Positions 56,328 to 64,000 of a DNA stretch of 64,000 nt are shown in pieces; the first letter of the stretch is position 1, and each line of letters starts with the position of its first letter. Source of the DNA: an uncultured virus (IMG/VR IMGVR_UViG_2524614544_000001) (Duplodnaviria; Heunggongvirae; Uroviricota; Caudoviricetes). The notes beneath the pieces were generated by a model that was not told the DNA's origin, ran no database searches, and saw only the letters and a list, made by a program, of their open reading frames with translations. The stretch lies in IMG/VR virus record IMGVR_UViG_2524614544_000001, one strand, 5' to 3'. The position numbers and the translations under genes were made by a program.

Positions 56328-57194
56328 GTGACCGTGAACAGCAACCAAGTCGCCGCCGCGGCCCGGCAGCAGCCCGCCACGACCCGGCGCATCGAGCAGC
56401 GCACCGGCACCACTGCGGCGCAGCCCCTCGCCATCGCGCTCGCCACCGCCCGCCGCGACGCCCTCCAGCAGTGGGCATCCGCAACAGGAAGGCAGACGAT
56501 CCCTTCACCCACCGCGCTGGAACGCCTCATCGCCGCGATCAAGAAAGCGCTGGGCTCCGCGTTCCGTGGAGCTGGGGCGGCAGCCCGGGACGCGATCCGG
56601 CAAGGCGCTCTCCAGGCCGCCGCCCTCAGCGCCCAGCAGGCATCCCACCTGGCCGCCAGCATGCGCACCCAACCCAGCCCTTATGTGCGGCCCGTCATCG
56701 GGCCCGACGCCGCAACCGCCGCCGACACGGTCCCCGACGCCGTGGACGGTGACCACCGGCACGCGCTGGCGCTCCTCACCACGGCCAGCCTCACCGCCCT
56801 CGGACTCGGCGCCGTGACAGGCGTGTTCAACAGGGCCCGGCGCGCCGTGACCCGCATCGCCCAGCACGCCGCCGTCGCTATCTCCAGCGCCGCCAGCCAC
56901 GCCGCCACCGCAGTCGCCCAAGCAATCGGGCCCACGATTCGCCTGCTGTGGGTGGCCGAGCCCGGGGCATGCGATGCCTGCGCCGCCTACGCCGGCCGCA
57001 GCACCCGGCCCGGCCAGAAGTTCCCGGGCGGTCTCAGCCTGAACCCGGCACGGGCCATGTTCCCGGCACCGCTCGAAGGCCCGCCCCGGCACCCTCACTG
57101 CCGGTGCTGGCTACTCCCCTACTCCCCCGACTGGCCCATCGACGGCGCGCCCCTGCCCGGTCTACTGCGCCAGCACGCACACAGGAGGTCGTGA
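56328..57194 (+). CDS. MuF-like minor capsid/head maturation protein
   Basis: WVAEPGACDAC...PPRHPHCRC. Confidence 0.8.
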   Translation: MTVNSNQVAAAARQQPATTRRIEQRTGTTAAQPLAIALATARRDALQQWASATGRQTIPSPTALERLIAAIKKALGSAFRGAGAAARDAIRQGALQAAALSAQQASHLAASMRTQPSPYVRPVIGPDAATAADTVPDAVDGDHRHALALLTTASLTALGLGAVTGVFNRARRAVTRIAQHAAVAISSAASHAATAVAQAIGPTIRLLWVAEPGACDACAAYAGRSTRPGQKFPGGLSLNPARAMFPAPLEGPPRHPHCRCWLLPYSPDWPIDGAPLPGLLRQHAHRRS

Positions 57195-57706
57195 TGGCCA
57201 ACGAACGCATGGGCAAGGACAAATGGGACAGGCTGCGGGAACTGCATGCGCAGGGCCTCGGCAGGAACGCCATCGCCCGCGAGATGGGCCTCGCCAACAG
57301 TGTCGTGTCCCGCACCGCAGAACACCTCGGGCTGTCATTCGACCGGTCGAAGATCGAAGCAGCGAACCGGGCTCGGCTCATTGACCTCGCGGAACGGCGG
57401 TCGCTGCTCGCCGAAGACCTCATCGGCGACGCGGAGCGTCTCCGCGCGGAGGTGTGGGAGCCGCGCACGTACTGGGACTGGGGCGGCAAAGACCACGACT
57501 ACGACGAGCGGGAACACCAGCCGACAGCCGCAGACAAGCGCGCCCTCATCGGCGCAGCCGGCATGGCCATCGACCGGTCGTTGAAGCTGGCCCCGGCAGA
57601 GGTTTCGAGCGGCGTCGACGCTGCGAAGTCGATGCTCGGCAGCATCGGTGAGGCGCTGGCCGGGTTCGTCCGTGCCGAGGACGACCTTCCGGACGACCAG
57701 GAGTAG
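57194..57706 (+). CDS. terS: Terminase small subunit
   Basis: N-terminal HTH; directly precedes terL; AGGAGG RBS. Confidence 0.75.
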   Translation: MANERMGKDKWDRLRELHAQGLGRNAIAREMGLANSVVSRTAEHLGLSFDRSKIEAANRARLIDLAERRSLLAEDLIGDAERLRAEVWEPRTYWDWGGKDHDYDEREHQPTAADKRALIGAAGMAIDRSLKLAPAEVSSGVDAAKSMLGSIGEALAGFVRAEDDLPDDQE

Positions 57707-57708
57707 CC

Positions 57709-58965
57709 GTGCCCGTGCTGGAGTCGCTCCCTATGTCCCGGAAGCAGATCCGGTCTGTCGTCGAGTCGACGGGCAAGATCAGCTGCTGGGAGGGGGCGAT
57801 CCGGTCCGGGAAGACGATCGCGTCCCTGCTGAAGTGGTTGATGTTCGTGGCGCAGGCGCCGTCCACGGGCGAACTGGTGATCATCGGGAAGACGTCGCAG
57901 ACGATTCACCGCAACCTTTTCCTCCCCATGCAGGATCCGGCCCTGTTCGGGGAGATCGCCGCCCACGTCCACTACACGCCTGGTGCGCCGACGGCCACAA
58001 TCCTGGGCCGGACCGTGCACGTAATCGGCGCGAACGACGCGAAGAGTGAGCCGAAGATCCGAGGCATGACCCTGTGCGGGGCCTACGTCGACGAGGTCAC
58101 ACTGGTGCCGCAGGTCTTCTTCGAGCAGCTGCTTGGCCGCATGTCCGTGAAGGGTGCGCAGCTGTTCTGCACGACGAACCCCGATAATCCTGCGCACTGG
58201 TTCATGCGGGACTGGCTGTCCCAGGTCGGGACCAAGCCGATCCGCCGGTTCTCGTTCACGATCGACGACAACCCGTTCCTCGACCCCGAGTACGTCCGCG
58301 ATATCAAGGCCATGCACGAGGGCCTCTTCTACCGGCGGTTCATCCTCGGCGAGTGGGTCGCCGCGGAGGGCGCAATCTACGACGCTTGGGACCGGGACCG
58401 TCACATCGTCACCGCACTCCCGAAGGCCGGCATCCACCGCTGGATCAGCCTCGGCGTCGACTACGGGACCAAGAACCCATTCCACGCCGTGCTCCTCGGT
58501 CTGGGCGCGGACCGGAAGCTGTACGCGGCGGCGGACTGGCGGTACGACTCCCGGCAGCACAAACGGCAGCTCACGGACGCCGAGTACTCGCAGCGGATGC
58601 GCGCCTGGTTGGCGGATGTTCCCGGGATCGGGGCTGTGCGCCCCCAGTTCGTGACCGTCGACCCGTCTGCGGCGAGCTTCTCCACCCAGCTGCGCCGTGA
58701 TCATCTGACCCCGACTGCGGCGAAGAACGACGTCATGGACGGCATCCGCACCGTCTCGTCCCTACTGGCCGCGAACAAGCTCTTGGTGCACGCCTCCTGC
58801 AAGGACCTCATCACTGAGATCGGCGGCTACTCCTGGGACGACCAGGCCGCCCTACGCGGCGAGGAGCGCCCCATCAAGGTCGCCGACCACGGTGTCGACG
58901 CCCTCCGCTACGCCATTTTCACGACTCGTGCCCTGTGGCAGCGCCAGCTCGCCCTCGCCGCCTGA
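57709..58965 (+). CDS. terL: Terminase large subunit (PBSX-like)
   Basis: GAIRSGKT, YVDE, TTNP, GVDYG, VDPSA and DHGVDALRY motifs. Confidence 0.95.
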   Translation: MPVLESLPMSRKQIRSVVESTGKISCWEGAIRSGKTIASLLKWLMFVAQAPSTGELVIIGKTSQTIHRNLFLPMQDPALFGEIAAHVHYTPGAPTATILGRTVHVIGANDAKSEPKIRGMTLCGAYVDEVTLVPQVFFEQLLGRMSVKGAQLFCTTNPDNPAHWFMRDWLSQVGTKPIRRFSFTIDDNPFLDPEYVRDIKAMHEGLFYRRFILGEWVAAEGAIYDAWDRDRHIVTALPKAGIHRWISLGVDYGTKNPFHAVLLGLGADRKLYAAADWRYDSRQHKRQLTDAEYSQRMRAWLADVPGIGAVRPQFVTVDPSAASFSTQLRRDHLTPTAAKNDVMDGIRTVSSLLAANKLLVHASCKDLITEIGGYSWDDQAALRGEERPIKVADHGVDALRYAIFTTRALWQRQLALAA

Positions 58966-58982
58966 TCTGAGAGGACTCCCTC

Positions 58983-60674
58983 ATGCCGCTGCCTCTGCCT
59001 GGCAGAACCCCGTGGCCGCCGCCCGCTCTGGAGGTGCCGCACGCCGACATGGACATGTGGCGGGCCTGGTACTCCGGCGACACCGGGCACTTGGCCGCAG
59101 TGTATGGCGGGCCGGCGAACTACCGCAGCAACGCTGTGGCTCGCGAGTTTTTCGATGTGGATCAGCGCCGGGCCGTGGGCGGTGAGGGGCTGCGCATGTT
59201 CTGGGGGCAGGAACCGTCCCCCGGCCAGCAGGCCGCCAAGCTCCACATCCCGATCGGTGCGGACATTGCTGAGATGTCCGCGAACCTACTGTGGGCGGAT
59301 GTGCCGCAGGTGACGGTGGACGCCGACTCGACGGACGCGGCGACGGCGCGCACGACGCAGGCGCAGATCGGCCGGTACCTCGACGACCGCGGCCACGCGA
59401 AGCTGCGGGAGGGGGCGGAGTTGGCCGCCGGCTTGTCGAACGTGTACCTGCGGGTGGTGTGGGACACGGACCTGCGCCCTCGGCCGTGGCCGGACGTGAT
59501 TGCCCCGGATGCGGTTGTTCCGGAGTGGCGGTGGGGTGCTCTGGCTGCGGCGACGGTGTGGCGGGAGCTGGACCCGGTGAAGGAGGCGTCGGAGGTGTGG
59601 CGGCTGTTGGAGCACCACACCCCGGGGATGATCGAGTACGGGCTGTACCGGGGTGACACGGGCACGCTCGGTCAGCGGATGGACCTGGGTGACCATACGG
59701 ACTCGGAGTACCTCGCGAAGCGCACGGATACCCAGGGCCGTCAGTCGACGGGCATCCCCCGGTTGTTGATCACGCACATGCCGAACCTGTTGCCGAACCG
59801 GGTGTGGGATGGGCTGCCCGGCACGGCGCCGCTGGGCCGCTCCGACTTCGCGGGGATCGAGCCGATGATGGACGCCCTGGATGAGGCGTGGACGTCGTGG
59901 ATGCGGGACCTGCGCCTGGGCAAGGCGAGGGTGGTGGTGCCGCAGACGATGCTCGACACGGCCGGTCCCGGGCAGGGGGCGTCGTTCGATCTGGACAAGG
60001 AGCTGATCGTTGCCCTGTCCGGGCTGCTGGGTGCCGAGACGATGAAGGACTCGATCACCGAGGTCCAGTTCAAGATCCGGGTTGAGGAGCATGAGCGGAC
60101 GACGAAGGCGCTGCGCCTGCAGATCCTGTCGTCGGCCGGATACTCGGCGCAGGGGTTCGGTGAGGCGGGGACGATCGCGGCGACGGCCACGGAGGTTGTG
60201 GCCCGCAAGGAGGAGTCGCTGACCACCCGGGGCACGAAGATTCTGTATCAGCGGCCTGCGCTCATCGAGTTCCTGACGACGATGATGATGGTCGACGTGG
60301 TGCATTGCGGGGCGAAGGGTGTCGACCCGGCCGTGGAGCTCACCGCGTCGTGGCCGCAGGCGGTGCAGCCGGACCAGGAGGCCACGGCGCGCGCCCTGTC
60401 GCTGCTGGATGGGGCGGGGGCCATCTCCACGTTCATGGCGGTGAAGCAGCTGCACCCGGAGTGGGACGACCTGGAGGTCAAGGCCGAGGTGCAGCGAATC
60501 CGCGAGGACAAGTCGGCGGTAGTCCCGGCCGGCGACCCGTTCAGCACTCGCGGCGGGGAGCCCGACGAGCCGAACGACGAAGAGGCGGCCACGGAGGACG
60601 GTCCGGAGGCTGGTGCGGACGAGGGCCAGGATGAGGAGCCGGTGGGCGGGGGCTCGGATCGGCTGGCCGCTTAG
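58983..60674 (+). CDS. Portal protein
   Basis: Follows terL; LGRSD, IRVEEH and TATEV motifs; acidic tail. Confidence 0.92.
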   Translation: MPLPLPGRTPWPPPALEVPHADMDMWRAWYSGDTGHLAAVYGGPANYRSNAVAREFFDVDQRRAVGGEGLRMFWGQEPSPGQQAAKLHIPIGADIAEMSANLLWADVPQVTVDADSTDAATARTTQAQIGRYLDDRGHAKLREGAELAAGLSNVYLRVVWDTDLRPRPWPDVIAPDAVVPEWRWGALAAATVWRELDPVKEASEVWRLLEHHTPGMIEYGLYRGDTGTLGQRMDLGDHTDSEYLAKRTDTQGRQSTGIPRLLITHMPNLLPNRVWDGLPGTAPLGRSDFAGIEPMMDALDEAWTSWMRDLRLGKARVVVPQTMLDTAGPGQGASFDLDKELIVALSGLLGAETMKDSITEVQFKIRVEEHERTTKALRLQILSSAGYSAQGFGEAGTIAATATEVVARKEESLTTRGTKILYQRPALIEFLTTMMMVDVVHCGAKGVDPAVELTASWPQAVQPDQEATARALSLLDGAGAISTFMAVKQLHPEWDDLEVKAEVQRIREDKSAVVPAGDPFSTRGGEPDEPNDEEAATEDGPEAGADEGQDEEPVGGGSDRLAA

Positions 60675-60845
60675 CGGCGGCGGATGCCCTTCCGGGCGGG
60701 CAGGCGCCGGTAGCGGGTGATCTTCCCGCCCTTCGTGGCGTGGGCTTTCTGGTGGGCGTAGCGGCGCAGCCTTGGGTTGGCGAAGAAGTAGCTATCTTCG
60801 CCACTGAGCCTTCGACTTGAACCCTGAGTGGCGTTGCCTCGGCAT
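60671..60845 (-). pseudogene. Small basic protein disrupted by a 7-nt insertion
   Basis: MPRQRHSGFKSKAQWR joins YFFANPRLRRYAH...RRR in frame if 60792-60798 is removed; GGAGG RBS. Confidence 0.6.
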
Positions 60846-60854
60846 AGTGGTGAG

Positions 60855-61334
60855 TTACCTCCCTTCGAGATAGAGCTTCGCAGCGTCCCACCAGTCAGGA
60901 CGCTCGACGTAGTGCAGCACCATGTTGCATACCCGGCATAGAGCTCCACGCACCGCTCCTGATGCGTGATCGTGGTCGACGGCGTCAGCAGGCTTCTCCC
61001 GGCATATCCAGCACAGGCCTCCGTGTCGCTGCCTCATCTCCTCCCACTCCTTGTAAGAAAGGCCATAGCGACGCAGTCGCGCCTGCTCGGCCTTGCCGCC
61101 GCCCGTGCAGTCGCCACACCACTTCTGTCCCGTACTTGTCGGCATGTAGCCGGCTCCGCAATGTGTGCAGGTCTTTGGTTTGAGCCGCAGCATCTTTCCT
61201 GACGCAGACCAGGAGCAGACCTGGCTGCAGTACTTTCGGGGCTGTGATGGCCACGCTTGAAACGAGGCGTCACACTCGACGTTGAGGCACGTCCGAGTCT
61301 CTAGCTTGCTCGGACGACTGGGCGTGTCGTTCAT
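60855..61334 (-). CDS. Endonuclease VII-family nuclease
   Basis: RYGLS...CWIC...VDHDHASGAVRGALCRVCN. Confidence 0.88.
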   Translation of the reverse strand: MNDTPSRPSKLETRTCLNVECDASFQAWPSQPRKYCSQVCSWSASGKMLRLKPKTCTHCGAGYMPTSTGQKWCGDCTGGGKAEQARLRRYGLSYKEWEEMRQRHGGLCWICREKPADAVDHDHASGAVRGALCRVCNMVLHYVERPDWWDAAKLYLEGR

Positions 61335-61706
61335 GTGTCTTCCAGGATGTATCTGGCGCGGCGGTGTGCCCCGTCGCGGTGGTGGCGGGTCGCTGGATAG
61401 GGCTGGCAACGCGAAGCGCGCCGGCATCGTCGTCATGCAGTTCGGTAGGCCGCCGGCGGCATGCCCGGCCTCGTCTCGCGCCCAGCATCAGCCTGGGTCA
61501 GCTTGTACTCCCTCGCAGACACGGCACTTCCCCCTAGCGCCGGTCTTGGTGGCCGCCGGTCTAGTCGTCGTCGCCGACGTAGAGGTTGTCCCAGTACCGG
61601 TCGTCGGCGCGGGCGACTTCGGCGCTGGTCTCCTCCCAGGCCGGGAGAGTCTGGGACGGGGCGGGGCCGCCACCAAACGGCGGCGGACCCGACGACACAG
61701 GGGCGG

Positions 61707-61917
61707 TCACTGCTGTTCCTTCGCGAGGCGTTCGCGCCGGGCTTTCTGCCGGTCGGCGCATCGGTGTTCGGGGAGCGTTTCCAGCGTCTTCGTGGCGACG
61801 AGGGTTCCGCAGTCGCTGCACGGGATGCGCCCGGTGCGGTACCAGTCGCGCTCCTCGTTCTCGATGAGGGCCTGTTCGTGGAGGCGGGCGAGAATGCGGT
61901 CGGCTACGACGGACACG
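61707..61917 (-). CDS. Small Zn-binding hypothetical protein
   Basis: AAGGAG RBS; CSDC...HRC; start approximate. Confidence 0.55.
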
Positions 61918-61918
61918 G

Positions 61919-62299
61919 TCAGGTCTCCTTCGGGTTGGCGAGTTCGAGCAGGGTGTCGACGTGGCAGGACAGGGGCTCGGCGCACCAGCACATGAGGTCC
62001 CGCCCTGCGAGGTCTCGGGCGATCCGGTCCATGAGGGTGGGGTGGGCGTGGACCCACGTCTCGTACAGCTCGACGGCGAGAGCGTGAGCGTCGGCCTGGC
62101 TGTTGGCGGGGATGTGCTCGTTGTAACCGAGCGGCTTGTGCTGGTTGGCGTGACCGGCCCACTGAACGGCCCAGCCGGTGCCGGTGGAGGTCCGGACAGC
62201 GGCCCACGGGTTCCCGAACGGGGTGCCACGCCCGACGTAGGCGGCGCCCTCGGGGGCTCGCCATCCCTTGGTGCGGCGGCGCTGAATGCGGGTCGGCAC
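61919..62299 (-). CDS. DUF4326-like protein
   Basis: RIQRRRTKGWR...YVGR...GNP...LAGRDLMCWC...CH..TLL. Confidence 0.85.
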   Translation of the reverse strand: MPTRIQRRRTKGWRAPEGAAYVGRGTPFGNPWAAVRTSTGTGWAVQWAGHANQHKPLGYNEHIPANSQADAHALAVELYETWVHAHPTLMDRIARDLAGRDLMCWCAEPLSCHVDTLLELANPKET

Positions 62300-62301
62300 G
62301 G

Positions 62302-62838
62302 TCAGGACTCCTCAGGCACCGTGATGGGGAAGGTCTCGGGGTGGTCGGCCTTCCACTTCAGCCAATGCGGCATCGGCTCCTCAACGACCGTGTGGCACAG
62401 GTCCATGACCTGCTCCAGCGACAGCGGGTCGGCGTTCTTGGAGTACTCGTGCTTGGTACCGCGCAGCTTCGGGCCGGAGGGAACGAACAGCGGACCGTAC
62501 TCCCACGAGCAGCGCCGGTAACCCCAGTCGTCGGGGCCGTACTTGATGAAGATTGTGGTGTTGCAGCCGGAGTCGACGTCGAGCGGTCGTTCGGCGAGCT
62601 TGCGGTGGTAGCTCTCCCGGAACCAGTGGTGCTTGTACTCCTCGATGAAGCTCGCGATCATTGCCGCTTCGGCGTCAGTGGGGCGCTCGGTGCTGCCCCA
62701 GCTGTACTTGCTGGTGTCGACGTCGATGTAGGCGGCGATGTACTTCCACCCGGGGTTGAAGCTGGTGACGACGGGGATGCGGAGCGCGGTGAGCGGGTCG
62801 CCCTGCTTCGCGTCGGTGTCGAACGGCCACGCGGTCAC
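62302..62838 (-). CDS. Phage hypothetical protein
   Basis: AAGGAG RBS; globular aromatic-rich sequence. Confidence 0.7.
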   Translation of the reverse strand: MTAWPFDTDAKQGDPLTALRIPVVTSFNPGWKYIAAYIDVDTSKYSWGSTERPTDAEAAMIASFIEEYKHHWFRESYHRKLAERPLDVDSGCNTTIFIKYGPDDWGYRRCSWEYGPLFVPSGPKLRGTKHEYSKNADPLSLEQVMDLCHTVVEEPMPHWLKWKADHPETFPITVPEES

Positions 62839-63014
62839 GGCGTCTCCTTGCGGATTCGGGCTGCGCGTCGGACACGCATGCGGGTCTTGATCTGGTCCTG
62901 GGTGGGCGGGGTCCACTGGTGCCGGCCGGCCCCGGGTTTCCACCGCTGCATGTGCTCGCGGAGGTCGAGGCCGCAGTGGCGGCACCCGTTTGGGGACGGC
63001 GTGCTGATCGTCAC
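62835..63014 (-). CDS. Small Zn-binding protein, paralog A
   Basis: PNGCRHCG...H...HQW..PT..Q...RM..RRAAR. Confidence 0.65.
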   Translation of the reverse strand: MTISTPSPNGCRHCGLDLREHMQRWKPGAGRHQWTPPTQDQIKTRMRVRRAARIRKETP

Positions 63015-63253
63015 GGAGTTACCTCTCCGCTGTTCGGCCCGTAGTCGATGTGCGGGATACCGGCAATGACCATGGCGCCGCAGTAGCCGCAGTGGTACTG
63101 GCCGATCGGGGCGTTGACCAGCTGCTGCGGTTCCCACGGCCACGGGCACCGTTCGCCGTTCTCGTTCAGGGGCGCCGTGATGGTGAGGTCTTTCGACAGG
63201 TCGATCTCGATAGCGTCTGCGGGCTCGATGTCAGTCCAGGAACGGGAGGTCAT
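63011..63253 (-). CDS. Small hypothetical protein (CPWPW...YHCGYCG)
   Basis: Coupled ORF with RBS. Confidence 0.6.
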   Translation of the reverse strand: MTSRSWTDIEPADAIEIDLSKDLTITAPLNENGERCPWPWEPQQLVNAPIGQYHCGYCGAMVIAGIPHIDYGPNSGEVTP

Positions 63254-63435
63254 CGGGGGTCCTTCCGGGCTGCACGCCGCGCTTTCATGCGGGCGAGGCG
63301 TTGGGCGTTGGTGGGCTGCTCCCACTGGTGGCCGCCCTTTCCGGGCAGGTACTGCCAGCCGTGTGGGTTGTCGTAGCCGCACCACCGGCACCCGTCCGGG
63401 TTCGGGGCCGCCTGGTGGCGGATGACGGCGGTCAC
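63250..63435 (-). CDS. Small Zn-binding protein, paralog B
   Basis: PDGCRWCG...H...HQW..PT..Q...RM..RRAAR. Confidence 0.65.
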   Translation of the reverse strand: MTAVIRHQAAPNPDGCRWCGYDNPHGWQYLPGKGGHQWEQPTNAQRLARMKARRAARKDPR

Positions 63436-63962
63436 GGGCGCTTCTCCGCGTCGGCTGCGGAAGCGAGGCCGGTGTGCGGCAGCGGGCACGAGCACTCGCC
63501 GTCCTGGCGGAACTCCTCGCACGGGTCGACGTTGAGCCGCTCCGCTGCGACGCGGGCGTCGTGTCGTGCCCTGCCGGTGAGGCCGACCGGGAGACCAGTC
63601 GGACGGGCCCCGGTCGGGGCGTCAGCGCCCATCCCGAGCGCGTTGAGCAGCGGGCCTTTGATGTCGTCGACGAACACGAACTTCTTGCCGTCCTCGTTCG
63701 TCCACACCCGGGCCATCGCCGCTTCGTGCAGGCGCTGCTTCAGGGCGGCAGACTCGGCGGTCGCCCCGCCGAGGTCGCTTTCGAGTTCGGCGACCTGATC
63801 GGTGGCCTCGGACAGGGCCGCGCGCAGCCGGTCGACCTCGGCCAGCAAGTCACCGAGAGCTTCACGCCGCGCCACTGCTGTGCGGTCGGTCAGACGGTGC
63901 AGCTCCTCATGCCAGATCCGGATCATGCGCTCGCGGTCCGGGGTCATCGGGGTGTCGGTCAT
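63432..63962 (-). CDS. Coiled-coil phage hypothetical protein
   Basis: GAGGAG RBS; LLAEVDRLR motif. Confidence 0.7.
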   Translation of the reverse strand: MTDTPMTPDRERMIRIWHEELHRLTDRTAVARREALGDLLAEVDRLRAALSEATDQVAELESDLGGATAESAALKQRLHEAAMARVWTNEDGKKFVFVDDIKGPLLNALGMGADAPTGARPTGLPVGLTGRARHDARVAAERLNVDPCEEFRQDGECSCPLPHTGLASAADAEKRP

Positions 63963-64000
63963 GGTGCTCCTCGGGTGCGTTGGGTCAGTCAGGCGTTGCG

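Larger units (their letters stand above)
342..64000. mobile_element. Temperate actinophage (siphovirus) genome, near complete, with internal attP
   Basis: Integrase, repressors, replication and recombination genes, terminase, portal, capsid, tail, tape measure and lysis genes are all present. Confidence 0.95.

Overview
This window is high-GC actinobacterial DNA (Streptomyces-like, judged from WhiB, GC-rich codon usage and the gene families present). It holds a nearly complete temperate siphovirus genome. A leftward early/replication arm (about 0.35-21.7 kb, apparently continuing at 60.7-64 kb) carries a replication initiator with iterons, a C5 DNA methyltransferase, WhiB, a DnaQ-like exonuclease, a RecE-like exonuclease with an annealase-type partner, and a phage beta-clamp. 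Next come the cro/cI switch, a tyrosine integrase and an apparently intact attP. An accessory island (24.6-33.2 kb), the lysis cassette, a rightward accessory operon, the tail and head genes, and a divergently transcribed MuF-TerS-TerL-portal block follow. Most notable: (1) a 47-aa acidic peptide with two beta-clamp-binding-like motifs is coupled to the phage DnaN; (2) the methyltransferase locus is dual-coded over about 1.1 kb, with five L(L/M)PTP modules in the second frame; (3) four RecA-NDp/PafBC-type promoters and two LexA-like boxes lie in the accessory island; (4) attP carries the 3' end of an acyl-CoA dehydrogenase gene; (5) one palindromic operator recurs at both divergent late-gene junctions. 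All functional calls come from motif recognition by eye; no database searches were run.
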